Below are positions 9,594 to 20,392 of a stretch of DNA of 64,000 bases, piece after piece. The position numbers were made by a program, and so were the translations under genes. The stretch covers positions 3,718-67,717 of the forward strand of contig CAKUPP010000002.1 in assembly GCA_934675165.1 (NCBI GenBank), read 5' to 3'. The stretch is from an uncultured Eubacteriales bacterium. GTDB taxonomy: Bacteria > Bacillota > Clostridia > Oscillospirales > Acutalibacteraceae. How positions within the stretch are numbered: position 1 is the first letter of the stretch; every line of letters begins with the position of its first letter. The notes under the pieces are model-generated. The model ran no database searches. It saw only the letters and a program-made list of their open reading frames with translations, and was not told the DNA's origin.

Positions 9594-9630
9594 TAAAAAA
9601 ACCGGAGCTCAAAAAAGCTTCAGTTTTTTT
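9594..9630. terminator. Weak bidirectional terminator between convergent genes.
   Basis: An A-run, a 6-bp stem ggagct/agcttc and a T-run. Confidence 0.35.
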
Positions 9631-9632
9631 AT

Positions 9633-11792
9633 TTACCCAACTATCTGTCTTATCGCCAAATCATAAAAATCACCTTTTTTACTCATCAAATCATCATAAG
9701 TGCCTTGTTCGACAATTTTACCTTTATCCATTACGAATATTCTGTCACAATTTTTAATAGTTGATAATCTATGTGCAATAACCAGTCGCGTACTTTTAAG
9801 TTCAGATATACTATTCGAAACGTGGCTTTGTGTTATATTGTCAAGAGCTGATGTAGCTTCATCAAAAAACAAAACTGAAGGCTTAGCAATTATCGCTCTA
9901 GCTATCATTAATCTTTGTCTCTGCCCTCCAGAAAGTCCTCCGGCACCCTCTGAGATCAAAGTATGCATACCCATAGGCATCATTTTTATATCTTCAGCAA
10001 TTCCAGCCATTTCAGCGGCTTCCCAAGCATCGTCAAGATTCTTCCACGGAGAAGTTATTATTATATTAGAAAAAATATCCCCCGGAAAAAGTGTTCCATT
10101 TTGCATCACAACACCAATTTTTTGACGAACACTTCTAAGATCTAAATTCTTTAAATCTTTTCCACCATAATATACTGCACCTTGTTCCGGACTTTCAAAT
10201 CCTAAAAGCACTCTCATTAAAGTTGATTTTCCACAACCAGTTTTGCCAACTATTCCTATATATTCCCCTCTTTTTATTTTAAAATTTATATCGTCAAGAA
10301 TTTTTGGACCATTTTTTGAATATCTAAAAGTAACATGGTTAACGTCTATTTCTCCAGAAAGAGATGTTGGTATTTTTCTGTCTACACTAATTTCAGGTTT
10401 TTCTTCCAAAACAGGTTTTATAAGACTTAAAATAGGCCCAAAATTAGCGAACTTAAGTGCTACTCCACTTAGTGACGTAAGTGCAGCACTAACCGCTCCA
10501 TACGCTGTATTAAAGGAAAAATAATTTGCAGAATCAACTGAGGTTTTTATTGCAAAATAGTAAATAGCAATAGTTCCCAATGAAGAAATTATTAGTGTTA
10601 TTGCGCTATCTAATTTTAAAATAAGTGGAGGATTATAGTCTAATCTTTCTACATCCGAGTAAAGTTGAGCCCATTTTGCAAATGCTCTTTTCTCTGACCC
10701 CGTAACTTTTATTTTTTGCATTCCTCCAAAAAGTGCATAAGTAAGTGCTTGCAATTTTGGAGAAATTTGAATTTTTTTCTTATATACTCTTTGACGGTAA
10801 AAAGTTATAAATATCAAATAACATATTGTTGTTAAAATTACTATCATTCCTGGCATTACAAGACCTGGAGCATAATAATACATTTGAAAAATATATCCCA
10901 AAGAAAAAAATGCTGCTATTCCAGTGGATAAACAAGATTCTACTATCATAGTACACATAGATGAAATATAACTCATTCTACTAGCAAGTTCACCTGCAGT
11001 ATAATTTTTAAAAAATGTAGGAGGCAAACTAAAAAGTCTCATCATAATAGCACTATTCACCGCCAAGGACATTCTACTTCTAAACCTATATTTTACTATA
11101 TTATTCGTTACTAAAATCGCGAATTTGCCCACACTCATGCCCAAATACAAAGAAATTACCGGCACTATAAAAGACATTGTACCTGATGGAATTAAAATAT
11201 TATATATTATATTTGTTATATAAGGCCCCAAAAACCCTAAAATTTGACCTAACAACATAGCTGATAAAATTATAACTATATCCTGATACGAAGTTGAGCT
11301 AATTATGAATTTGATCAAATCTCTTATGCGAAGAGATTTCAAAGGAAAAGGCTTATAAAAACAAAATGCATCAACATTTATATCTCTAGATGTTTTATCA
11401 TTTACTTTAATCGTATTTCCCAAACTATCTTTGTAATAATATCCAGACCATTTACCTGGTAAAATCGCAATTACATTTCCTTCTTTTGTACTCCCTAAAA
11501 AACACCCGGTACAATCTTCCCACCACTTACCTTTGAGCTCTACTCTCCTTCGCATTGTTCCAGACGGCCGTAACATATATTCGAGTTCTGAATCTAAATT
11601 TGTGATATTATCAGGTACTTCTGGTGCATTAAAGCCAAAGTACTTCAATATTTCGCTTATAGCATTTTTGGTTTCATGTTTGGCTCTTGGAGTATTAATA
11701 CCAAGTATTGATAAAAGATCAGAAAATGCATTTTCAAATAGCTCTTTATCACTTCTCTTTCTACAATCGATTTGATCTTCATAAAAATCCAT
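9633..11792 (-). CDS. Bacteriocin-type ABC exporter (permease + ATPase) with an N-terminal domain lacking the C39 catalytic Cys. This is the NHLM-system-like second ABC.
   Basis: Six-TM ABC exporter core. Walker A GKTGCGKST, signature LSGGQRQR, Walker B LFFDEATS. Start moved to the ATG at 11792 (MDFYED), which has GGAGG 7 nt upstream. Confidence 0.85.
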   Translation of the reverse strand: MDFYEDQIDCRKRSDKELFENAFSDLLSILGINTPRAKHETKNAISEILKYFGFNAPEVPDNITNLDSELEYMLRPSGTMRRRVELKGKWWEDCTGCFLGSTKEGNVIAILPGKWSGYYYKDSLGNTIKVNDKTSRDINVDAFCFYKPFPLKSLRIRDLIKFIISSTSYQDIVIILSAMLLGQILGFLGPYITNIIYNILIPSGTMSFIVPVISLYLGMSVGKFAILVTNNIVKYRFRSRMSLAVNSAIMMRLFSLPPTFFKNYTAGELASRMSYISSMCTMIVESCLSTGIAAFFSLGYIFQMYYYAPGLVMPGMIVILTTICYLIFITFYRQRVYKKKIQISPKLQALTYALFGGMQKIKVTGSEKRAFAKWAQLYSDVERLDYNPPLILKLDSAITLIISSLGTIAIYYFAIKTSVDSANYFSFNTAYGAVSAALTSLSGVALKFANFGPILSLIKPVLEEKPEISVDRKIPTSLSGEIDVNHVTFRYSKNGPKILDDINFKIKRGEYIGIVGKTGCGKSTLMRVLLGFESPEQGAVYYGGKDLKNLDLRSVRQKIGVVMQNGTLFPGDIFSNIIITSPWKNLDDAWEAAEMAGIAEDIKMMPMGMHTLISEGAGGLSGGQRQRLMIARAIIAKPSVLFFDEATSALDNITQSHVSNSISELKSTRLVIAHRLSTIKNCDRIFVMDKGKIVEQGTYDDLMSKKGDFYDLAIRQIVG

Positions 11793-11836
11793 TCTTACCC
11801 CTCCTCTTATAATATTTTTTAGATACATAAATGTAA

Positions 11837-13990
11837 TTATTCCGTTATAACCAATTCCCTGTATTTCCCTTCTTGGGCCATTAATTCATCATGTGTACCA
11901 CGTTGAACCACTTCGCCTCTATCTAAAACTATTATTTCATCACAGTCTCTTATCGTAGAAAGTCTGTGAGCAATAACTATGCATGTGCAACCTATTTTTC
12001 TTATATTCTTCATAACTTTATTTTCCGTTTTTGCGTCAAGTGCAGATGTCGCTTCATCTAAAATTATTATAGTAGGTTCTTGGGCAAGCGCGCGCGCTAT
12101 TTCTATTCTTTGACACTGCCCCCCAGAAAAATCTTTTCCGCCTTCACTCAAAACGTGATTATATCCATCTGGACGAGTAATTATTGCTTCGTGAATATCT
12201 GAGTCTTTGGCGGCTAGAGTAACAGCAAAATCCTCTATAGAAGTATCCCACATACGTATATTATTTTTTATTGTATCGTGAAACATAACTTTATCTTGGT
12301 CAACCATAGAAAGTGATGTATGAAACCGATAATAGCCGATATTGTCTCTTTTAATTCCGTCGAAAAGAATTTCACCTTCCCATGGATCGTAAAGCCCAGT
12401 AAGTAGTTTCGCAACAGTAGATTTTCCACTTCCGCTACCTCCTACTATAGCGATCCACTGACCCGGTTTCACTTTCATACTAAAATTTCTAAGAACAGGA
12501 TTACTAAGTTTTCCATATCCAAATGTTATGTTATTTACCTCAATATTTCCATCAAGTTTGCCAAGATTACTATCTTTTTCATTTAAACTTAAATCGACAT
12601 CAACATCCGTAGGATAATCAAGTACGTCTTCTACTCTTTCCATTTCACAGCGCATTTCAACAAAATCTTGATAAACATCCATTATATCATTCATAGGACT
12701 TAAAAGTTTTTCTAAAAATGTTTGAAACGCCATAAGCATACCAATTGTAAATTTACCTATCATAATTAAATATATACCAGAAAATAACATTATAAAATCA
12801 GCTACGCTTTGAACTATAGTAGGAATTTGTCCTATATATTGAGTAAATTTAGAAAGTGCTGTATTTGCATTGCTCTGCTTTGAATAATAACCTGCCCATC
12901 TTTCAAAATATCCACTTTCTGCACCGGTAGATTTAATAGTTTCTATCATTTCAAAACCAGAATATGTTACGCTAGAAAGTTTTCCTTGATTCGGGACAAG
13001 AACACGTTGATAATCGAGCATTTTTTGAGACGTATAACGAATTACAAACATATTTATTATTGTTGCACTAATCCCAATTATAGTAAGCGGTAAACTCCAA
13101 TTTATCATTATAAACAAGTAAAAAATCATAGACACCGTACCCGGAAGCAGCGGAGAAATTTTTTCTATTAAAGTAATTGCAATATTTGCCGTAGATTCTT
13201 GACGAGAAGCAACATCACCAACATATCTTTGAGAAAAAAAATTAAGCGGCAAACGCAACACATGCCACATAAATTTAGCACTGGATGTAACTACAAATTT
13301 TCCTTGAATTTTGAGCCAATAAACAGATTTAACAACTGCAATCAAAACTTGAAATAATAGTAAAATAAGCATTATACATATAAATGGTGTCAACCATTCG
13401 GGATTTTTACCACTCAAAATATTGTCAATAAATACTCTACCAAAAATCGGAGTTGTCATATCTATTATCAAAACAGCAATACTAAGAAGTGTAGCTAACA
13501 CAAAAGGAAAAGCTGCACCTTTTAAACATCTTTTAGCAAATGTAACAACACTTTTAGGTTTTCCTTCTGGTTTAAAATCTTTTGAAGGAACCATAGAAAG
13601 TGCTATTCCCGTAAAAGCTTTATCAAATTCATCCATGCTAACAACAACTTTTCCTTGCGCCGGATCATTTAAGTACACTTTTTGCTTTTTCTCATCCACA
13701 CCACAAAGAACTACAAAATGGTTAAAATTCCAATGAATTATTGCCGGTAAAACAAGTGATGTTATAGCTTCTGGCTCAAGTTTATAACCAGAAGTTTCAA
13801 ATCCATAGCTACGTGCCGCTGCCAACATATTTTTGGCAACACTACCATCACGAGATACACCACAATCTTCCCTTACCTGAGTGAGCGGTATCCATTTTTT
13901 ATAGTACGCTGCTATCATGCAAACACAAGCAGCTCCACATTCAAGAGCTTCCATTTGCATAATCACAGGCACTTTTAATCTTTTTTTCAC
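11837..13990 (-). CDS. Bacteriocin ABC exporter with an N-terminal C39 (double-glycine) peptidase domain.
   Basis: VIMQMEALECGAACVCM is the C39 catalytic Cys motif. Walker A GGSGSGKST, signature FSGGQCQR, Walker B IILDEATS. The likely start is the GTG at 13990, 8 nt after GGAGG. Confidence 0.9.
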   Translation of the reverse strand: MKKRLKVPVIMQMEALECGAACVCMIAAYYKKWIPLTQVREDCGVSRDGSVAKNMLAAARSYGFETSGYKLEPEAITSLVLPAIIHWNFNHFVVLCGVDEKKQKVYLNDPAQGKVVVSMDEFDKAFTGIALSMVPSKDFKPEGKPKSVVTFAKRCLKGAAFPFVLATLLSIAVLIIDMTTPIFGRVFIDNILSGKNPEWLTPFICIMLILLLFQVLIAVVKSVYWLKIQGKFVVTSSAKFMWHVLRLPLNFFSQRYVGDVASRQESTANIAITLIEKISPLLPGTVSMIFYLFIMINWSLPLTIIGISATIINMFVIRYTSQKMLDYQRVLVPNQGKLSSVTYSGFEMIETIKSTGAESGYFERWAGYYSKQSNANTALSKFTQYIGQIPTIVQSVADFIMLFSGIYLIMIGKFTIGMLMAFQTFLEKLLSPMNDIMDVYQDFVEMRCEMERVEDVLDYPTDVDVDLSLNEKDSNLGKLDGNIEVNNITFGYGKLSNPVLRNFSMKVKPGQWIAIVGGSGSGKSTVAKLLTGLYDPWEGEILFDGIKRDNIGYYRFHTSLSMVDQDKVMFHDTIKNNIRMWDTSIEDFAVTLAAKDSDIHEAIITRPDGYNHVLSEGGKDFSGGQCQRIEIARALAQEPTIIILDEATSALDAKTENKVMKNIRKIGCTCIVIAHRLSTIRDCDEIIVLDRGEVVQRGTHDELMAQEGKYRELVITE

Positions 13991-14012
13991 ACTATACACC
14001 TCCAAAGCTAAA

Positions 14013-14597
14013 CTACTTGTAATTAAATATCAGTTCATATGGTTTCGTTTCACCTATTACAGCAGAAATTTCGCACACACTTCCCTCTGTAACATCTATA
14101 TTCGCAGCTTTAGAACTTGACCATCCATCAACATCCATCTCCACTTCAACAAGGTTTTCTGTTTTCATTGATGAAAGTATTGGAATTAAAATTTGAGGAT
14201 TCTCAAATTTTGAATTAAGATAATCAGTAGTTACGATATTATTTCCTATAAAAGTTATTTTTCCACTCAAATAACCATACTCTTCTCGCGGAGCATATGT
14301 TGGGGAAATTTGAACATTCATCCCTTCTTTAAGTCTTTTACTATCAGCGATAGAAACATAACTATAGACCTTTAAATTATTATCATAGTCTTTAACGGCT
14401 ACTCCACTAAGTGCTACAGACTTTGGTATACCTCCGGAAAAAACCCATACAGCTGCAGCAATTAAAATAGTAAAAATCCCTATTAAAATAACAATTAAAC
14501 TGGGATTTGTTACCCTAATATATTCATTAAGTTGATCCGGAGAAGAAACTCGCTCTAAACTACTCTTTCTAAACAAACTTTTTTCATTTTCAGGCAT
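14013..14597 (-). CDS. Short HlyD-family / NHLM-type bacteriocin secretion adaptor (194 aa, single N-terminal TM).
   Basis: The N-terminus LFRKSSLERVSSPDQLNEYI is typical of bacteriocin-secretion adaptor proteins. It has one TM segment and is the first gene of the exporter operon. Confidence 0.65.
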   Translation of the reverse strand: MPENEKSLFRKSSLERVSSPDQLNEYIRVTNPSLIVILIGIFTILIAAAVWVFSGGIPKSVALSGVAVKDYDNNLKVYSYVSIADSKRLKEGMNVQISPTYAPREEYGYLSGKITFIGNNIVTTDYLNSKFENPQILIPILSSMKTENLVEVEMDVDGWSSSKAANIDVTEGSVCEISAVIGETKPYELIFNYK

Positions 14598-14655
14598 AAA
14601 ATATTCACCTTTCCTTAATTAATATAAATTGTCGACTACTGCGTCATATTTATAA

Positions 14656-14683
14656 ATTATACTATTGGGTTAAAAAAAGTCAA
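14656..14683 (-). promoter_or_regulatory. Promoter of the exporter operon: TTGACT, 16 nt, TATAAT.
   Basis: -35 is the reverse complement of 14678-14683 and -10 the reverse complement of 14656-14661. Confidence 0.5.
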
Positions 14684-14975
14684 GCGTTTGATAAAAAAAT
14701 ATACAAATAGCATAAAACTCAAAAACACAGAAAACAATCCTTTTAAAACAAAGCAAAAAATAGTGAATAAAACAAATCTGTAATAAGGCAAAGTTGCCAA
14801 AATAAAGAACAGACTGATTTATTCACTATAATCAAAATAATACAAAATACATATTTCAAGTAAGTAATTACTGCAATTCGTCAAAATAAAAATTAACCGT
14901 AGCTACTATCCATTAAAAATTTACAACCAAATAATATATCAAAAATATTCGCCTACATAAAAAACAAAACGCTTG

Positions 14976-15590
14976 TTAATCTTTTTTCTTTTTTATCACT
15001 TTAAGCCTTGAAAATTCTTCTCTTTCTTTTTCCTCTAAAGCATCTGTTATGGACTTAATAAGCTTTTCAAACCTGGGGATCATTATATTTTTAAGTGCAT
15101 TCGCTCGCTTTTGAGTTTTTTTAATATCTCGCGCAAGTAAATATGCACTAGTCTCAACTTCTGCTAATTTAGCCGTAAGCTCCCTAACTTCACGAAAACA
15201 CAAATATGTTTTATCAAGATCCGAGTTAGAATCATAAAGTCCAAATGGAATAAAACTTTGTTTTTCTTGCTCCTTTATCGTAATTATAGGTATTTCCACA
15301 CCCATAACACTTTTAAAAGATATGCCTATATCTTTTTCTTCTGGTACAGCCTGAGACAATTCGTTACACACTCCAAGAGCTATGTTTGCCTTTCTAAGTG
15401 TTGAAAAAGCTTTTTGATAAGTAGAATCTATCTTATTTTGAATTTCTTGTGCTCTATCAATAAGCGCCATCATCTCACGCACTAATATATTTCTTTTTCT
15501 ATCAAGCAAATCAAAACCCAACTTTGCAAGATCATAAGACTTTTTTGTAGCGATTAAATTTCCTTTCGTAGGAGCCAACTGCATTGCCAT
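14976..15590 (-). CDS. ntpD: V-type ATPase subunit D.
   Basis: The N-terminus PTKGNLIATKKSYDLAKLGFDLLDRKRNIL is typical of V/A-type D subunits. It is the last gene of the operon. Confidence 0.85.
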   Translation of the reverse strand: MAMQLAPTKGNLIATKKSYDLAKLGFDLLDRKRNILVREMMALIDRAQEIQNKIDSTYQKAFSTLRKANIALGVCNELSQAVPEEKDIGISFKSVMGVEIPIITIKEQEKQSFIPFGLYDSNSDLDKTYLCFREVRELTAKLAEVETSAYLLARDIKKTQKRANALKNIMIPRFEKLIKSITDALEEKEREEFSRLKVIKKKKD

Positions 15591-15606
15591 TTAAATCCCC
15601 CCTACG

Positions 15607-17076
15607 TTAATTTTCTTCATTTTCATCTATATCATCATCATTGTCTTCCATTTCAATATCGTCAAGAAAATCAATCTTATTTTTGCGTTCTAATAAATCT
15701 TTATCATCGATATAATATTTATCCAATGTTTCACCGCTAACACGATCAAGCTCTTGACGCGGAAGAGTAGAAAGAAGGCGCCAACCAAGTTCCAAACTTC
15801 TCTCAATTGAACGATTTTCATTAAATCCCTGATTAATAAACTGTTTCTCAAATGCTTTACCAAAATTAATATAGAGCTTATCAATAGGTGACAAGTCTTC
15901 TTCACCTATAACTGAAGCAAGTGCTCTAGCATCTTGTACTTTTGCATATGAAGCAAAAAGTTGATTTGCAAGCTCCGGGTGATCAGCTCTAGTAAACCCT
16001 TCACCTATACCATCCTTCATAAGTCTAGACAAAGAAGGCAAAACTGAAATAGGTGGATAATAACCTTTCCTATCTATTGATCTATCTAAAACTATTTGCC
16101 CCTCAGTAATATAGCCCGTTAAATCAGGCAATGGGTGTGTTATATCATCATTAGGCATAGTAAGAATAGGAATTTGAGTAACAGACCCGGTTTTGCCTTT
16201 TACCATTCCTGCACGTTCATAAAGTGACGCCAAATCCGAGTATAAATACCCGGGATAACCTTTTCTACCGGGGATCTCACCTTTAGATGAACTAAATTCT
16301 CGAAGCGCTTCAGCATAAGAAGTCATATCAGTCATAATAACCAAAACGTGCATATTAAGCTCAAAAGCAAGATATTCTGCAATAGTGAGCGCACATCTAG
16401 GAGTAAGTATCCTTTCTATTACGGGATCATTTGAAAGATTGAGGTACATAACTACTCTTTCAATTACTCCCGATTCATCAAATTTACGTCTAAAATACTC
16501 TGCAACATCATTCTTTACGCCCATAGCAGCAAAAACAATAGCCAAATTGCTACCTTCATCCCCTGAAAGTTTGGCTTGCCGCGCAATCTGAACCGCTAAC
16601 TCATTATGCTTCATGCCTGAACTAGAAAATATGGGAAGTTTTTGCCCTCTGATAAGTGTAGAAAGCATATCAATCGCAGATATGCCAGTATTGATATAGT
16701 TTCTAGGATAAATACGTGCTATTGGATTTATTGGTGTACCATTTATATTCATTTTTTTATGTGGAAATACTTTCCCCAGTTTATCTATTGGCTCACCAGA
16801 TCCATTAAAAACTCGACCTAAAATTTCAGGAGAAAGAGAAATTTCCATTGGCTTTCCTTTAAGTTTTACTTTCGTATTGGAAAGAGAAATAGAGTGTGTG
16901 CCTTCAAAAACTTGCACTACAACCTTATCTCCTTCTATTTGAACAATTCTTCCCTTTCGATAAGTTCCATCATCAATTTTTATATCAACAACTTCTTCAT
17001 ACGAAGCACCTTCAACACCCTCTAAAACAATTAAGGAACCACTTATTTCCTTTAAACCAACATAGTTAAGTATCAT
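15607..17076 (-). CDS. ntpB: V-type ATPase subunit B, with an unusual acidic C-terminal tail.
   Basis: Strong V/A-type B similarity throughout (for example [16 protein letters not shown]). It sits downstream of subunit A. Confidence 0.95.
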   Translation of the reverse strand: MILNYVGLKEISGSLIVLEGVEGASYEEVVDIKIDDGTYRKGRIVQIEGDKVVVQVFEGTHSISLSNTKVKLKGKPMEISLSPEILGRVFNGSGEPIDKLGKVFPHKKMNINGTPINPIARIYPRNYINTGISAIDMLSTLIRGQKLPIFSSSGMKHNELAVQIARQAKLSGDEGSNLAIVFAAMGVKNDVAEYFRRKFDESGVIERVVMYLNLSNDPVIERILTPRCALTIAEYLAFELNMHVLVIMTDMTSYAEALREFSSSKGEIPGRKGYPGYLYSDLASLYERAGMVKGKTGSVTQIPILTMPNDDITHPLPDLTGYITEGQIVLDRSIDRKGYYPPISVLPSLSRLMKDGIGEGFTRADHPELANQLFASYAKVQDARALASVIGEEDLSPIDKLYINFGKAFEKQFINQGFNENRSIERSLELGWRLLSTLPRQELDRVSGETLDKYYIDDKDLLERKNKIDFLDDIEMEDNDDDIDENEEN

Positions 17077-17095
17077 AAAATTTCACCTCCGATAT

Positions 17096-18862
17096 TTAAA
17101 TTTTATTTTTTATTATTTTATTGACAATATCATCAATTTCTTTTTTGTACTCATCCAAAATTTCTAATTTATCATTGGGAACGTCATATTTAATTCTTGT
17201 AAGTTTATCAAATATGCCTGTTTCTAATACTGCCGAAATTGGAATGGACGCAGAAATAAGTTGGCGAGTTCTTTTATTTAAATAGAGTATTATTTTCATC
17301 ATTTTTTTCTGTTTACTAAGAGGAACAAATGTATCATCTTTGTGAAAAGCATTTTGCTGCAAAAAGCCGCTCCTTATTACCTTAGCAATTTCTATTATCA
17401 ATTTTTGATCATCTGGTAGTACATCAGCACCAACGAGCTTTACAATTTCCATAAGTTTATCTTCTTCACTCAAAATCGAAGCTATTTTTTTACGATATCG
17501 CACAAAAGATTCCCCATAATTCTTCACGTACCAAGGATCAAGGTCAATAAAATACTCGCTATAACTATTAATCCAATTGATTGCTGGGTAATGCCTAGCA
17601 TATGCAAGCGATTTATCAAGTGCCCAAAAACACCTTACAAAACGTTTTGTGTTCTGTGTTACAGGTTCAGAAAAGTCTGAACCTTGCGGTGAAACCGCAC
17701 CAATTATTGTAATAGACCCTTCCCCTTCACTCAAAGTTTTAACTCGTCCGGCTCTTTCATAAAACTCCGAGAGTCTGGAAGGAAGATATGGTGGGAATCC
17801 CTCTTCAGCTGGCATTTCTTCCAATCTACCAGAAATTTCTCTAAGTGCCTCTGCCCATCTCGAAGTAGAATCGGCCATAATTGCAACATCATATCCCATA
17901 TCTCTATAATATTCTGCCAACGTAATACCAGTATAAATAGAAGCTTCTCTAGCTGCAACCGGCATATTTGATGTATTAGCTATTAAAACTGTGCGTTCCG
18001 TCATTGGTTTTCCAGATTTAGGGTCTATAAGTTTTGAAAATTCGTCAACTACTTGACTCATTTCATTTCCACGTTCTCCGCAACCTACATAAACAATTAT
18101 GTCTGCATCACACCATTTTGCAAGTTGATGTTGCGTCATTGTTTTTCCGGTTCCAAATCCTCCAGGTACAGCTGCAGCACCACCTTTAGCAATCGGAAAC
18201 AATGTATCTATAATTCTTTGTCCGGTAATAAGAGGTATATTTGACGGTAACCTTTTACTTATAGGTCTCGCAAACCGTATTGGCCAATATTGACACATTG
18301 TGAGATCTTGAATCTCACCTCTTGCATTTTTAATTTTAACAATAGTATCACTTACTTTGTGCATACCACTATTAGCAACCTCTACTACTTCACCTCTTAC
18401 ATTGGGAGGAACCATACACTTGTGTGTAATTATTGAAGTTTCTGGACAAGATGCATATATTGTGCCCGGTTCGAGGTGATCTCCTACTCTCACTAAAACT
18501 TCAGTTTCCCAAAGTTTATCTTCACTAAGTGAAGAAACGCTACATCCTCTCGATATAAATGATCCGCTTTTTTCTTCTATAGACTTAAGCGGACGTTCTA
18601 TTCCATCAAATATATTATTGAGTATCCCTGGGCCAAGGCATGCTTTCATTGGCCCTTTTGTTCCTTCAACGGGCTCACCTGGGCGAAGTCCCGTAGTTTC
18701 TTCATAGACCTGTATAGTCGTAAAATCATCTGTAACTCCTATTACTTCTCCAATAAGTCTTTCGTTACCCACGTAAACCATTTCCATCATTGAAAACGAT
18801 TTGGTGTTCTTTACGGTTACAACAGGGCCATTTATTCCATATATAACATTATTTTCATTCAT
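17096..18862 (-). CDS. ntpA: V-type ATPase catalytic subunit A.
   Basis: P-loop PGGFGTGKT, SRWAEALREISGRLEEMP, and a size of 588 aa. Confidence 0.95.
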   Translation of the reverse strand: MNENNVIYGINGPVVTVKNTKSFSMMEMVYVGNERLIGEVIGVTDDFTTIQVYEETTGLRPGEPVEGTKGPMKACLGPGILNNIFDGIERPLKSIEEKSGSFISRGCSVSSLSEDKLWETEVLVRVGDHLEPGTIYASCPETSIITHKCMVPPNVRGEVVEVANSGMHKVSDTIVKIKNARGEIQDLTMCQYWPIRFARPISKRLPSNIPLITGQRIIDTLFPIAKGGAAAVPGGFGTGKTMTQHQLAKWCDADIIVYVGCGERGNEMSQVVDEFSKLIDPKSGKPMTERTVLIANTSNMPVAAREASIYTGITLAEYYRDMGYDVAIMADSTSRWAEALREISGRLEEMPAEEGFPPYLPSRLSEFYERAGRVKTLSEGEGSITIIGAVSPQGSDFSEPVTQNTKRFVRCFWALDKSLAYARHYPAINWINSYSEYFIDLDPWYVKNYGESFVRYRKKIASILSEEDKLMEIVKLVGADVLPDDQKLIIEIAKVIRSGFLQQNAFHKDDTFVPLSKQKKMMKIILYLNKRTRQLISASIPISAVLETGIFDKLTRIKYDVPNDKLEILDEYKKEIDDIVNKIIKNKI

Positions 18863-18943
18863 AATCGGTTACAGAAGCGCTTCACAGATCTAAAACACTG
18901 CCGCGCTCACTCCTCCTTATCATCTTAATGGTCAAAAACTGTT

Positions 18944-19537
18944 TTAAACCAACAAAATTCCAAAATTCGCCGCTGCCCAATCCTCTTGTTCTTTCAATTT
19001 TGCATCCAGAGTCTCATCTGCTATAAGACCCATCATGCTACTGCACCCTCTGAGCCCACCAATCAAAATACTATCATCATCTAACACTTCACAATTTCTA
19101 CCGAATGATTTCTTAATATCCTCTGCATATTTAAGATCATCTTTTTTTACCAATATTTTCACATCATTTTCACTCAAAACTTTTGAAACTTTTAAAGCGT
19201 AACTTTTAAGTGATTCTAAATATTCTGGTGTAGCAGTATAACTTACAAGCTTTTCTCTGCACTCTCTGAAAATATCTTTCATCATTTGGCGACGGCGCTG
19301 AGAAACTCGCTTTCTTTCTTCTAATTCTTTATGCGAAACTTCTATAACAATTTTGTTTTTCATACTCACAAGTTCTCTTTGAATCATGTTATTTACGTCT
19401 TCAATTATTTCTGCTTCTGCTTTTTTCATTTCCTTTTCTTCTATCTCTTTTATTTCATCTGTTATTTTACTACGACGTCTTTTAGCATATTTATCAATCG
19501 CATTTAGGAAATTGCTCGATTTAAAGCTTTTATGCAT
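18944..19537 (-). CDS. V-type ATPase subunit E (peripheral stalk).
   Basis: Charged coiled-coil N-terminus, about 200 aa, and its operon position. Confidence 0.65.
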   Translation of the reverse strand: MHKSFKSSNFLNAIDKYAKRRRSKITDEIKEIEEKEMKKAEAEIIEDVNNMIQRELVSMKNKIVIEVSHKELEERKRVSQRRRQMMKDIFRECREKLVSYTATPEYLESLKSYALKVSKVLSENDVKILVKKDDLKYAEDIKKSFGRNCEVLDDDSILIGGLRGCSSMMGLIADETLDAKLKEQEDWAAANFGILLV

Positions 19538-19564
19538 TTTTCTGCCCTCCTTTTTTAGGTAAAA

Positions 19565-19873
19565 TCAAATTTTAAGGCCTATTGCCTCTCTTATATATTT
19601 TGTTATTGAATCTTTTTTGCTGCTTTGAGATCTTCCATCAGGTATTTCTATTATGAGGGGTATTTTATGGCTGCTTTTTAAACTATAAATAAGTTCGGAG
19701 CAAAGCTTTGCGAGCTTTTCAGTAATAAGCACTATGGCAACGTCATTTTTCTCAATCGCAGAATAAAGGGCTTTTGCCGCTTCATCTGAAGTACGAGCAA
19801 TTACACCCTTTATTCCAGCCAAACGCATACCTACGAGCGTATCTGTATTGTCACTTATAAGTTCAAAGCGCAT
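19565..19873 (-). CDS. V-type ATPase subunit F.
   Basis: About 100 aa, with TLVGMRLAGIKG typical of V-type F subunits. Confidence 0.75.
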   Translation of the reverse strand: MRFELISDNTDTLVGMRLAGIKGVIARTSDEAAKALYSAIEKNDVAIVLITEKLAKLCSELIYSLKSSHKIPLIIEIPDGRSQSSKKDSITKYIREAIGLKI

Positions 19874-19877
19874 ACTT

Positions 19878-20384
<507 letters not shown>

Positions 20385-20392
20385 TTAATATT

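Noticed and set aside
14629-14636. TTGTCGAC in the exporter operon leader resembles a Spo0A box and shares TTGTCGA with the RiPP promoter repeat.
   Set aside because: It is only a 6/7 match to TGNCGAA, a single copy, in the opposite orientation, and part of a GTCGAC palindrome. This is too weak to claim co-regulation.
14598-14975. Searched the spacer upstream of the exporter operon for a bacteriocin precursor gene.
   Set aside because: Manual reverse translation from every ATG on the operon strand gave ORFs of 18 codons or fewer, without a Gly-Gly motif or an RBS.
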